Below are positions 20,101-27,727 of a stretch of DNA of 34,576 bases, piece after piece. The notes beneath the pieces were generated by a model. That model was not told the origin of the DNA. It worked only from the letters and a program-made list of their open reading frames with translations, and did not search any database. The position numbers and the translations under genes are program-made. Positions within the stretch are counted from its first letter, which is position 1; the number at the start of each line of letters is the position of its first letter. The stretch lies in the IMG/VR virus record IMGVR_UViG_647533110_000001; one strand, written 5' to 3'. Origin of the DNA: a virus (lineage: Duplodnaviria > Heunggongvirae > Uroviricota > Caudoviricetes).

Positions 20101-20854
20101 CTACACCTTTATCGTGAGTCTGGAGGATATTTTTTGTCGTTTTGGCTATATTGTCATAGGTAGAAGCATCTCTAAATACAGAAGTTACCCCAGACATTAA
20201 AGAGCTAAGCCCATAGGCAATTCCCATACCCTTAATCATTTCGCCTGCAACATTTGTACCTGTGTTGGCGTATGTTGGACCTAATACTTGCCGAGTAGAT
20301 GGATACAGATAAGTACTTCGTCCTGCTTCAGTCTGTCGTGTTGAAGTGGAAGTTGTATTTCTAGTTGTGCTACCAGATACCCCCTTAGATGCGCCAGCGG
20401 CACTGGCTGTAATGGTTATTTTACTATTCGACTTAATCTGTTCTATTTTCTGTATTAACTTATCAAGACTACTTATTGCTCTTTCTGTATTAGCCTTTGG
20501 CTCAATCGTTTTACCATTTATAGAACTAATAGCTTGATTCAATTTCTTTATATCCGAAGTTGAATATAAAGGTTTACCTAATGCAGTCTTTGCCTGTGAT
20601 TTTATATTATTGAGTTTAGTTAAGATGCGATCTAAACTTGCTTCGGCTGCACTTGTATTGATTTGTATGTTTATAGGTTTGGTCTTAATAGAAGCCAATG
20701 CTGAATTAACCTTACCGATGCTTTTTGCAACAATATCAAATCGCTTTGTTAATGCTTCCATTTCAGCTGTGGCCTGCTGAAATTTACGTATAGACTCTAA
20801 AGCTGGATTAGAGTTAACGTTTATCTGATAATTAACAATATAATTTTCTGCCAT
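17117..20854 (-). CDS. Tail tape measure protein
   Basis: 1245 aa, Ala/Gly/Thr-rich. TP901-type core (TKYTAPQVASAGKFLAMAG...GIKGSHAGTTLRMMLLNM) and hydrophobic middle segment. Follows the tail chaperone. Confidence 0.92.
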   Translation of the reverse strand: MAENYIVNYQINVNSNPALESIRKFQQATAEMEALTKRFDIVAKSIGKVNSALASIKTKPINIQINTSAAEASLDRILTKLNNIKSQAKTALGKPLYSTSDIKKLNQAISSINGKTIEPKANTERAISSLDKLIQKIEQIKSNSKITITASAAGASKGVSGSTTRNTTSTSTRQTEAGRSTYLYPSTRQVLGPTYANTGTNVAGEMIKGMGIAYGLSSLMSGVTSVFRDASTYDNIAKTTKNILQTHDKGVGFEGRFNEMNQLMRQVGVETKYTAPQVASAGKFLAMAGYDVDQIKHAIRPISDIALVGDTDLGETADVVTNIMTAYEIPAKQMDNTADILTMTFTKTNTTLLELAESFKYAGTVAHQSGLNFETASAAFGVLGDAGIKGSHAGTTLRMMLLNMMNPTKRGQEAWDILGINTKDKNGNLRNLSDILSDLHEKQQTMSAGDFSTLINKMFRVTAAPGALALINNVAKMQEVTGLNKKSMGLASDLADEKKNTIQGLWYQMTSAFTETGMQGFEQMQGVIRDFLQRMIELMKSTEFATALRNAMDMFLKIANVIVGVFKGIMTVWNWIPNWGKTVLQYFIRIQMSLGIAAGVVQSIWSTTLMIRGLFMGDWLSKFFLKPLFTALTYMVRIYNIEKSRHNLNKGQAIFNALGGGLLHGGSKIKQWFVGGSTVGNVVANSSNKTINTLTEIGNTTLWGAIKGFSRFFLTNPIGWGVMAAGAITYIGYKIYDAYKITEAARQANEAWAQSYRNLNVDKLNLSDPDALMIGNMRIFNNELLTQNERIAQSAELWHRYWIEKNGPKQSVDDQTKFFDTAAGRDPELLKRLEAADQWTGVDKAFQSLSGALGMKQTVKKGLNGENYYAYELHGRTLSGTNTNIFAKNGDISEQVAVQMMLAQLADHNSKENMALSKYLLHNATSARSSEDLSNILKNAADRFIPKMGSWDSRWDWISTETFHDKMTEGDVHRSQAYIRHLAQIMKGTISAWDDYASILKDFESGETIDPTRTQKVLQGLFGPLFDPTKGLFGTEGWSKHVQDIVNNPGKYKLESQQEAIDYITETFDKLVSWYNDLYSGHKSLFAPFINRIPIQNLLSEGDVLPTGGFYGPQKEGDKAIFDGAQYIAKTIAPYATPQWVDKSGKIYTPKNAKDTFKWDPTTGNKEQDLASSLHNGADQSQYRSHNNYNAAPKQLIVRIENLMHVEHQTIDMTDDRQVAAIANVKQELATALLDVVQDFNANMM

Positions 20855-20876
20855 CTTTTTGTATTTTGATTTTCTA

Positions 20877-20906
20877 AAGAATAGCGGTTTGGTACCCTGA
20901 AAGATT
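20877..20906 (-). promoter_or_regulatory. Putative late promoter for the tape measure (weak -35)
   Basis: CTATTCTT 22 nt upstream of the TMP ATG and directly after a terminator. The upstream element is only CAATC, one base off the usual spacing. Confidence 0.45.
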
Positions 20907-20907
20907 G

Positions 20908-20941
20908 AAAAAGCCCCTTATCCGACAGAGGATAAAGGGCT
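20908..20941 (-). terminator. Intrinsic terminator after the chaperone frameshift ORF
   Basis: AGCCCTTTATCC-TCTGTC-GGATAAGGGGCT (12 bp with one G.U pair) followed by TTTT on the minus strand. Confidence 0.75.
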
Positions 20942-20969
20942 ACGTAGAAAAAACGAGTAATAAGACACT

Positions 20970-21161
20970 TTACGCAAGCATTCCAAGTGCACTTGCTTGT
21001 TGAGTTATGAGCATTTTGCTGTGGAGCCATACGGCATCTTCAGAAAGCATTGCAAATTCTTCATCGTTTAACTCATCAAGGTTTACGCTGGGAAAATAAT
21101 GACGGATAAATATCAGTCTATGACGAATAAGTTGATCGTCTTTTACTTCCCAGCTTTTGAT
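20970..21161 (-). CDS. -1 frame extension of the tail assembly chaperone (gpT-like, 63 aa; fusion 186 aa)
   Basis: Open -1 frame IKSWEVKDDQLIRHRLIFIRHYFPSVNLDELNDEEFAMLSEDAVWLHSKMLITQQASALGMLA, with no ATG near its 5' end (first Met at residue 38). Entered via in-frame heptamer A-AAT-TTA at 21167-21161. Confidence 0.75.
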   Translation of the reverse strand: MKSWEVKDDQLIRHRLIFIRHYFPSVNLDELNDEEFAMLSEDAVWLHSKMLITQQASALGMLA

Positions 21162-21529
21162 AAATTTACGAGTTTTCCTTTGCGCAACTCGATAATTTGA
21201 GCCAGGTGTGGCATCAAGCCATAGATGAACAAGGAATCATCTTTAATCAGTTCTTTATCGCCATCGACAAAGCAATCTTTTGCCAATTCTCGCATGGCAC
21301 CGGCCTGGTCCTTTTGGGAGAGGGACAAATATTTACTGAATGTCGGGAAAGGCGGCTGTTTAAAATAACCGATATAATATGGCTTTTCGCCTTCGTCTTC
21401 ATCTCCTTCCACAAAAATCGGGAATACACGTTTTAGTTTGGGATCTGAATCTTTCAGCTCTTTTACTTTCTTTTCAATCTCGGTCTGAATATCTTCAGGC
21501 AAGAAAAGGTCTTCGTTTACATTTTCCAT
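21143..21529 (-). CDS. Tail assembly chaperone (gpG-like)
   Basis: 128-aa acidic protein between tube and tape measure, ending in a slippery heptamer; canonical chaperone position. Confidence 0.8.
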   Translation of the reverse strand: MENVNEDLFLPEDIQTEIEKKVKELKDSDPKLKRVFPIFVEGDEDEGEKPYYIGYFKQPPFPTFSKYLSLSQKDQAGAMRELAKDCFVDGDKELIKDDSLFIYGLMPHLAQIIELRKGKLVNLSKAGK

Positions 21530-21556
21530 TATAATTATGATTATTGATGTTTATCC

Positions 21557-21586
21557 AAGAATAGAAGTTCTGGAAATCGTTGGTTT
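21557..21586 (-). promoter_or_regulatory. Putative late promoter (chaperone)
   Basis: AAACCAAC-N14-CTATTCTT, 27 nt upstream of ATG 21529. Confidence 0.7.
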
Positions 21587-21770
21587 ATTGGTCTTGCATT
21601 TAAAATGTTAAATATTGAATGATTGTATATTTTTATTGGTTAGACTTTTATTTTTCATTTTATGTTATTATTTTTGCATGAAAATAGTAGTACATGAGAT
21701 TAATTTCGAGTGTACTCTATGTAGGGATGTAAAAGGGAAACTGTTGAAAAATGGTTTTCCCTTTTTATAT

Positions 21771-21798
21771 AAGAAAAGGCGAGTTTTTACTCGCCTTT
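21771..21798 (-). terminator. Intrinsic terminator after the tail tube gene
   Basis: AAAGGCGAGT-AAAA-ACTCGCCTTT perfect 10-bp stem followed by TCTT, 20 nt after the tube stop; possibly bidirectional. Confidence 0.75.
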
Positions 21799-21818
21799 AT
21801 TGCATGATATATCAGAAG

Positions 21819-22280
21819 TTATAGCCAAGAACTAGTTCCTTCTCCTGTGATAATGTCGAAAGGATTCAAATTGAATTCTTTTGTAATGTTTGTATCATCT
21901 TGTTTACTTTCCATTCCGTCTTCGTTAAAGAGGCATCCCTTTAGCGTTACAGTTTCAGCGGTCCAGTCTTCACCGGCATAAGCATTAGTAAATGAGATGA
22001 TCAAGTCAAATTCTCCCAAATCCATTAAAGAACCAGCCAATGCTCGGAGTTGGGAAACGGTATTATAATCCATTGTAATGGAGGCTGTACAGGTTTTGTT
22101 GCCAAAACCACGATTGATAGCATTTCCTCCAATACCGTAGTTGTTTTCAACTTTACGAGTCTTGTTCCACTTGATTTCAGAAACTCCTTGCATAATAGTA
22201 GAATCTTCTGAAATATCCAATGCTGGTATGGAAATGCGGATCATAGACCAGCTGTATGCTACATTGTTAATTATTGCCAT
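21819..22280 (-). CDS. Tail tube protein
   Basis: 153 aa directly after the sheath. Motifs AYSWSMI...ENNYGIGGNAINRGFGNKTCTASITM...FDLIISF...VTLKGCLFNED match contractile-tail tubes. Confidence 0.85.
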   Translation of the reverse strand: MAIINNVAYSWSMIRISIPALDISEDSTIMQGVSEIKWNKTRKVENNYGIGGNAINRGFGNKTCTASITMDYNTVSQLRALAGSLMDLGEFDLIISFTNAYAGEDWTAETVTLKGCLFNEDGMESKQDDTNITKEFNLNPFDIITGEGTSSWL

Positions 22281-22288
22281 CTTGTTAA

Positions 22289-23602
22289 TTATTTATTGGT
22301 TAATGCCAAGCCCTCGACTACTTCAATACGGGACGCTACACCCACCGGAACAAGTGAATATTTAATGATTAGTGTATCATTCTTTAATACATTTTGATTC
22401 TTGTCAATTGTTACAGAAAAACCTGAAATTTCTTCATTATTCTGCATAGTTGTGAGGATGTCAGAGACAATGTTTTGAAACATCGTAATCTTGGCAGAAG
22501 ATAGGTATCCAGTGCTGGGATCTACTTTCAACGGAGAATTGACATAAGGTAATAATGCGTTACGTACAGCACGTCTTGACTTATGAATTGTACGGTTTCT
22601 AGCAACTGTTCGGTAATCTCCGTTTGAACATGTTTGGTCTTTAGAGAAAAAAACTCCACTTTCCAAACCAGAATATTTGCACAAGAAGATATATCCCTTA
22701 TCGTCCAGATCATCCAATTGGATTTTATTCAAAGATGAGTACTTTAATGTACTTGTCAACTTACTTTCGCTATTCAAAGTGACATCTCCGAATCCCATTT
22801 CAATATCTGGGAAATAACCAATCAAATTGAACTTATTTACCCATGCGAATGATTCTTGTACGCTTGCCGAAGCGATACATCCGAGTGCAGCTCCAATATT
22901 TCCTATAGGAGTGAGATTTTGATTAGCAAGTTGCATCGCTGATACATCAGCGTCTAGTCCCTGACCAAGTAATACACTGACAAACCGAGCATTAATAACA
23001 CATGTTGGTATTTTGCCAAGTTCTACTTTCTTCACAGATTCTTCATCTGTTGCGATTACTGCGGAATTTGCACATAACAAAATTGATAAAGGAGCATTTT
23101 CATCAGCTAAAGACGCTGCTTTGGATTGCAGATCTGTAACTAGGTCAATGCTATATGTTTCTGCTTCCGGATCTGTTTGTTTCCACAACGATTGTTCAGT
23201 CCAAACACCGAGTTGGTTAATCATACCATGTGCTGCGCGTTGCATTTGTTCTATAGCATTCCAATCTACACCACAGTCTGCAAACATGATAAACAAACGT
23301 CCTGTGCTTCCTTGTATTCCAAAGAAATGATTGATATGATAATAAGGAATTCCAAACAGTAAATCCTTTTCAGTGTCACCGGAGTATGCGGTAATGCCAA
23401 GTTCTTTCAAATCATCCATAGAATTGATTTCAATAACATTACCTTGTAATTTGTCTTTTACGGCCAAACCAGCACCTTCTTCGAAGAATTTAGCTTGTTT
23501 GGAAATATCAAACAGCAAACCTGTGACTTTTTCAGTTGAGGTTGTAGAGCTTGTTCCAATGTTTCCATCGGTATCACTCATAAAAACGCCACCTAATGCC
23601 AT
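22289..23602 (-). CDS. Tail sheath protein
   Basis: About 437 aa from ATG 23602; the ORF-track start 23662 lies upstream of the promoter -10 box. C-terminal DY..VARNRTIHKSRRAVRNALLP...SGFSVTIDKNQNVL...IKYSLVPVGVASRIEV is typical of sheaths. Confidence 0.85.
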   Translation of the reverse strand: MALGGVFMSDTDGNIGTSSTTSTEKVTGLLFDISKQAKFFEEGAGLAVKDKLQGNVIEINSMDDLKELGITAYSGDTEKDLLFGIPYYHINHFFGIQGSTGRLFIMFADCGVDWNAIEQMQRAAHGMINQLGVWTEQSLWKQTDPEAETYSIDLVTDLQSKAASLADENAPLSILLCANSAVIATDEESVKKVELGKIPTCVINARFVSVLLGQGLDADVSAMQLANQNLTPIGNIGAALGCIASASVQESFAWVNKFNLIGYFPDIEMGFGDVTLNSESKLTSTLKYSSLNKIQLDDLDDKGYIFLCKYSGLESGVFFSKDQTCSNGDYRTVARNRTIHKSRRAVRNALLPYVNSPLKVDPSTGYLSSAKITMFQNIVSDILTTMQNNEEISGFSVTIDKNQNVLKNDTLIIKYSLVPVGVASRIEVVEGLALTNK

Positions 23603-23613
23603 ATTTGTAAATT

Positions 23614-23967
23614 TTATTGTTTGTAATACGGATTTTGATAAAGAATAGCATCCTTCACCCAATTAGGTTGTGCATCTGCGGTGAATACACCACCTTTGGA
23701 ATCAATATACAATGCCGGATAGCCAGGATATTTTTGTAACAGTTCTTTTACGAATTCTGGTATTTCATCTTTTTCTTTTGTTTTGTCTTTTTTTTCAGGT
23801 TTTTGAGAAGATTCTTTGATAGAGGAGGTATCTGGAGTTTCAACAGTGTCTTGCTCTTGTTTTTCAGATTCTTCATTTGAAATAACCGGTGCTTTTGAAG
23901 TAACTGTAGGATCTTGTGCTTGAGTGTCTTCTGTGACCGGAGTTTCTGTATTCTTTTTTCTAGCCAT
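23614..23967 (-). CDS. Hypothetical protein (117 aa), low-complexity acidic N-terminus
   Basis: ORF track; between capsid and sheath; function unknown. Confidence 0.65.
   Translation of the reverse strand: MARKKNTETPVTEDTQAQDPTVTSKAPVISNEESEKQEQDTVETPDTSSIKESSQKPEKKDKTKEKDEIPEFVKELLQKYPGYPALYIDSKGGVFTADAQPNWVKDAILYQNPYYKQ
23641..23670 (-). promoter_or_regulatory. Putative late promoter (sheath-tube), embedded in the upstream CDS
   Basis: CAACCTAA-N14-CTATTCTT, 38 nt upstream of ATG 23602. Confidence 0.65.
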
Positions 23968-23977
23968 AACTTAAATT

Positions 23978-24011
23978 AAAAAAGGGAATGGAGTACCGAC
24001 TCCACTCCCTT
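23978..24011 (-). terminator. Intrinsic terminator after the major capsid gene
   Basis: GGGAGTGGAGT-CGGT-ACTCCATTCCC followed by TTTTTT. Confidence 0.8.
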
Positions 24012-24046
24012 GTGATAAACTATGATGAGATATTTAATTCAATTTG

Positions 24047-25117
24047 TTATTCTGCATTTTTGTAAGCGGTCCATGCTACGATTTCTGCCGGACGAACGAT
24101 GTTTACATCCATTTTCATTCGCATCTGGAAGAAATACAATTCGCTGTTAGCTTGTAGCCGTTCAACCTTTACTACTTCAGCGTCATTTGCATAGTCAACC
24201 CCCATCCACAGGTTAGATTCCATGCCGGTAGTAAATTCTCCGAGTACGATAGTATGTTCTGGAATGCCGACAATAGGTACAATACGCTTACCTTTAAAAC
24301 GATACTCGTTAACCTTAGTATTGTCGGAGTATTTCACTGTTTTGTCGCTTAGATATTGATCATATAAATCCCAAATATCCCAGCCACATACAAATACCAG
24401 TCCTGCTTTTTTACGGATTTGTTTCGGGCATTTCTTCCACATAGCATTGAGAGCGGCTTCTACATTGGCACCTGTGCTCAATTCTGTAGTACCGGCAATA
24501 ATGACTTGTCCACCAGCTTTCTCTACCTCTGTTGCATTTGTTGCAGTATTTGCCAGAATACGTTTGATTGCACCGTCAAAGTATTTCATTGGGCCACCGG
24601 CATTTTCACCTCCAATCGTTGTGCAACCTTCAGGAGCGGTAATTTTTGCGGCAGCTGAACCACCTTTTGCGGAGCACCAAATAGACTCACCGATATACTC
24701 ATTCTTTCGATCCATCAAGAGGCGCAGCATTTTAGCTTGTACTTTTGGGTCTAAGTCACGGAATACCAAATTACCTTCCGGCTGGGCAAATTTGTAATAC
24801 TTTTCATAGTCACGGGGGTTAAATTCAAGGTACACCATGAATTCTTGCGGTTCCAGGTAACGTTCTGTTAATGTGTATTGGTTCAATCCACCAGTAGTTC
24901 CTGCTCCTGCGCCATGAGTTGAGTTTGGAGTGGGGACGTTATCTTGAATTACTTTTCCCAATTGGATAGTGGGGATGGTGTATTTGAACTGGATTCCAGA
25001 TTTGATATGAATCAAACCTTCTTTGTATGTATCATTCCCTTGCGCGGTATATGTCAGGAGGTCATTAAGGACCTCACCAGAATATGTGTTTTGCGCAAAA
25101 TTTACTGAACTTGCCAT
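24047..25117 (-). CDS. Major capsid protein
   Basis: 356 aa directly after the protease/scaffold and followed by a strong terminator. Size and position fit an HK97-fold capsid protein. Confidence 0.8.
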   Translation of the reverse strand: MASSVNFAQNTYSGEVLNDLLTYTAQGNDTYKEGLIHIKSGIQFKYTIPTIQLGKVIQDNVPTPNSTHGAGAGTTGGLNQYTLTERYLEPQEFMVYLEFNPRDYEKYYKFAQPEGNLVFRDLDPKVQAKMLRLLMDRKNEYIGESIWCSAKGGSAAAKITAPEGCTTIGGENAGGPMKYFDGAIKRILANTATNATEVEKAGGQVIIAGTTELSTGANVEAALNAMWKKCPKQIRKKAGLVFVCGWDIWDLYDQYLSDKTVKYSDNTKVNEYRFKGKRIVPIVGIPEHTIVLGEFTTGMESNLWMGVDYANDAEVVKVERLQANSELYFFQMRMKMDVNIVRPAEIVAWTAYKNAE

Positions 25118-25138
25118 GTTGTTTATGTTATTTTGTTT

Positions 25139-25678
25139 TTAGTCAAGTGTTTTAAATTGGAAATCTGTTCCTACGACAGCTTCAACAGCCTTAGCCATTT
25201 TCTTTTCTGCCTCGGTCATCTGATTTTCTGCATTTTCAATGTTGGCAGGGTCATTTGCAATTTTAGCAGAAATTTTATCACGTTTTGGAATGGAATTCAG
25301 CGTTGCCTGTACCATCTCAAAATCGTTTTGAGCCATTTCCACCCATTTAGTTTTTGCATCAGAATTGATTTTACCTTCAGCAATTGCATTGTCAACGAAC
25401 TGTTCGATAGTTTCTTTACGTTTTGCTTCTTCAGCATCTTTGTAACTTTTCAATTCGTTCTTGACAGTTGTCAATTCGTTTTGAACATTGGTAAGTTGCG
25501 CATCCAATCCTTCTTTCTGAATTTTCAAAGCATTGTATGAAGCCTGAATTTCTGCTGCCTTGTTTTCCGCATTTTTCAATGCGTCAATTCGGGTAATAAC
25601 AGCTGAAACTTCAGAGGTTTTCTCCAAACCAAGCTGGGCGCATACAGAACCAAATGCAAATTCTTGTTCTTTGTCCAT
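25139..25678 (-). CDS. Putative nested scaffold protein from an internal in-frame start (179 aa)
   Basis: ATG 25678 (MDKEQEFAFG...) follows an A-rich leader (AATTCACAAAAAACA) and a promoter-motif copy 39 nt upstream, at the protease/coiled-coil boundary. Confidence 0.6.
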   Translation of the reverse strand: MDKEQEFAFGSVCAQLGLEKTSEVSAVITRIDALKNAENKAAEIQASYNALKIQKEGLDAQLTNVQNELTTVKNELKSYKDAEEAKRKETIEQFVDNAIAEGKINSDAKTKWVEMAQNDFEMVQATLNSIPKRDKISAKIANDPANIENAENQMTEAEKKMAKAVEAVVGTDFQFKTLD

Positions 25679-26410
25679 TGTTTTTTGTGAATTTGAATTT
25701 TCTATTTGATTTTGATTAGGAATAGAACTGGAATCATCAAGTGGTTTAAAATTGCCCAGTTCTGTATTGATAGAAGCCATGATTTTTTGAAGGGCGTTCG
25801 CTTCCACTACTCCTTCAATTTGATCTTTTACTTTATTACAAACCTGTTTAGAGGTTTTTAAAACACATTCTGCTGATAATATACCGGCGTTTACGGCAGA
25901 TTTTGCATCAAAGTAAGTTCCATCACAACCTTCTTTTCCATCCATGATTTCTCGAACCTTAGCTTTCGTCAGACCAAATCTTTTATGATATATGGTTTCA
26001 ATCTGTTTCTGAAAAGCATTTACAATTTGTTCATTGTCTGGGTTGCATGACTTTTCGTCACGTATGAAGGGGTTGTGGATCATTAAAATAGAATAGTCAC
26101 GCATGTAAGAACGAGTTCCTGCCGCCCACAGTACTGAAGCCATTGATGCTGCCAATCCTTCCACAATTGTTTCAACTTCAATGGGACATTGCTGTATAAT
26201 GGAGAATGTTCCCATTCCGTACAGAACGCTTCCACCTTCACTATTAATGCTGATTATAATTTTCGAGGGTTTAACGTAATCTTGTATCCATAAAAATTCA
26301 TCATTAAAATTACGTGTGCTCTCTTCATCAATTTTGCCATAGAAGCGCATATATACCGGTTTTGCTTCTTGCGCTTCTCCAACTACATATTTTAATTCAT
26401 CTACTTTCAT
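25139..26410 (-). CDS. Clp-type prohead maturation protease with C-terminal scaffold domain
   Basis: INSEGGSV, GLAASMASVL (catalytic Ser) and LMIHNP (catalytic His) ClpP-like motifs. C-terminal coiled coil followed by ETIEQFVDNAIAEGKI...KTKWVEMA. Confidence 0.9.
   Translation of the reverse strand: MKVDELKYVVGEAQEAKPVYMRFYGKIDEESTRNFNDEFLWIQDYVKPSKIIISINSEGGSVLYGMGTFSIIQQCPIEVETIVEGLAASMASVLWAAGTRSYMRDYSILMIHNPFIRDEKSCNPDNEQIVNAFQKQIETIYHKRFGLTKAKVREIMDGKEGCDGTYFDAKSAVNAGILSAECVLKTSKQVCNKVKDQIEGVVEANALQKIMASINTELGNFKPLDDSSSIPNQNQIENSNSQKTMDKEQEFAFGSVCAQLGLEKTSEVSAVITRIDALKNAENKAAEIQASYNALKIQKEGLDAQLTNVQNELTTVKNELKSYKDAEEAKRKETIEQFVDNAIAEGKINSDAKTKWVEMAQNDFEMVQATLNSIPKRDKISAKIANDPANIENAENQMTEAEKKMAKAVEAVVGTDFQFKTLD
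25718..25747 (-). promoter_or_regulatory. Putative late promoter inside the protease gene (scaffold-capsid)
   Basis: AAACCACT-N14-CTATTCCT. Confidence 0.65.
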
Positions 26411-26424
26411 TTGAGCTTTTTCAC

Positions 26425-26454
26425 AAGAATAGGTATCAGCTTCTTTAATGGTTG
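26425..26454 (-). promoter_or_regulatory. Putative late promoter (protease)
   Basis: CAACCATT-N14-CTATTCTT, 14 nt upstream of ATG 26410. Confidence 0.7.
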
Positions 26455-26462
26455 TAAGTTTG

Positions 26463-27236
26463 TTATTCGACTTGACCGGTTGGAGGATCAGTTGAAGGCA
26501 TTTCTACAGAAGGTTCATACTTAGCTACATCTTCGATTTTAGGTTCCTTGTGATTACCATGTGCTTCTGAATCATGTTCTGGTGCATCAGAATGGTTCGT
26601 GAATGGTGGCATAACTAAATACCTGTCTACCCATTTGCGATACTGGAAAGAGGATGATGTTCTAAACCATATCTCGTAGTCAATCCAGTATGGCTGTAGC
26701 CCATGATCTAAAGATTCCGGCATATCAAAATAGGTAAGATTGCAACGTTCATTTAATGCTTCTTCGTAATCTTTCGCATCTTGAATTGCATCATTGATCT
26801 GTTGAAAAACGCGAAATCCATGTGTCTCAACAATATCGTCACTATTGTTTAAATCATTAAGCACAAATCTGATACGCATAGTGGCACGCCCTTCTCCAAT
26901 TCTTTGTTGGGCAACTAAATAACGTACATTCACAAACCGAATAAATGCCGCAGGAAAAGGTATAGCATATTCTGTATTACCACGAGTACGAACAATACGT
27001 TCAAACTGTCCGTTATCTATTTTTACAGTTTGGAATAGTTTAGGCGAATTATTATCGTTAGGGTCTGTATGTAAGGACTCTAATACACGTTTTACAGCTA
27101 AATACACATCCTCTAAAGGGTTGTTGTCTACTTCCTCCAAAGTAGTATCGTCATCATCGGGAAGGGGAGAGGTGTCTTTTGCAAACGTGTCTTTTAAACT
27201 GTCCGGTAAATCTGTTTTATATTTATCTACTATCAT
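26463..27236 (-). CDS. Probable neck/tail-completion protein
   Basis: 257 aa with ATGA overlap to the upstream gene. Motif YAIPFPAAFIRF...RATMRIRF resembles tail-terminator-type proteins; assignment is tentative. Confidence 0.45.
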   Translation of the reverse strand: MIVDKYKTDLPDSLKDTFAKDTSPLPDDDDTTLEEVDNNPLEDVYLAVKRVLESLHTDPNDNNSPKLFQTVKIDNGQFERIVRTRGNTEYAIPFPAAFIRFVNVRYLVAQQRIGEGRATMRIRFVLNDLNNSDDIVETHGFRVFQQINDAIQDAKDYEEALNERCNLTYFDMPESLDHGLQPYWIDYEIWFRTSSSFQYRKWVDRYLVMPPFTNHSDAPEHDSEAHGNHKEPKIEDVAKYEPSVEMPSTDPPTGQVE

Positions 27237-27727
27237 TTTGGAAAGCCATCAAAAATACGAATACTGTAAGATGAAATTTTATCAGCTACGGTTGTAGAAT
27301 ATCCTATAAATTGCCTTTGTCTAATATAGGATGCTGGAGAACCTGGTTTGGCAATTTTCCCTCCTTCATTATGTATTGCTGCATAACAAAAGTTTCTTCC
27401 ATATTGCCTATTACTAAATTTGAACATGTCTGGATCTGTGAATAATTTAACACCACGATTCTTATTAGAATGAAAGCGTTCCCATATTATTGAATGTTTT
27501 AATGCTCCTGTTTCTTCCAATATAGGGTGTGGCTTATGATTACGTCTGGATTGCCAAGAAAAAGTTCCGGCTGAATTGAACCGCCGGAGATAAAAAGAGT
27601 CTCTAAATATTTTTTTTGCGGCATTACCTACCAATGTTTCAAAATTGAATACATTAACTTCAAATTTATTAGGCAATCTCAACCATTGTTGAGCTAATTG
27701 TCTTGGAGTTATTACTTTTCCAGCCAT
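27233..27727 (-). CDS. Virion morphogenesis protein (Mu gpG-like)
   Basis: Basic 164 aa with ILEETGALKHSI, YAAIHNEGG and RQRQFIG motifs. Confidence 0.75.
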   Translation of the reverse strand: MAGKVITPRQLAQQWLRLPNKFEVNVFNFETLVGNAAKKIFRDSFYLRRFNSAGTFSWQSRRNHKPHPILEETGALKHSIIWERFHSNKNRGVKLFTDPDMFKFSNRQYGRNFCYAAIHNEGGKIAKPGSPASYIRQRQFIGYSTTVADKISSYSIRIFDGFPK

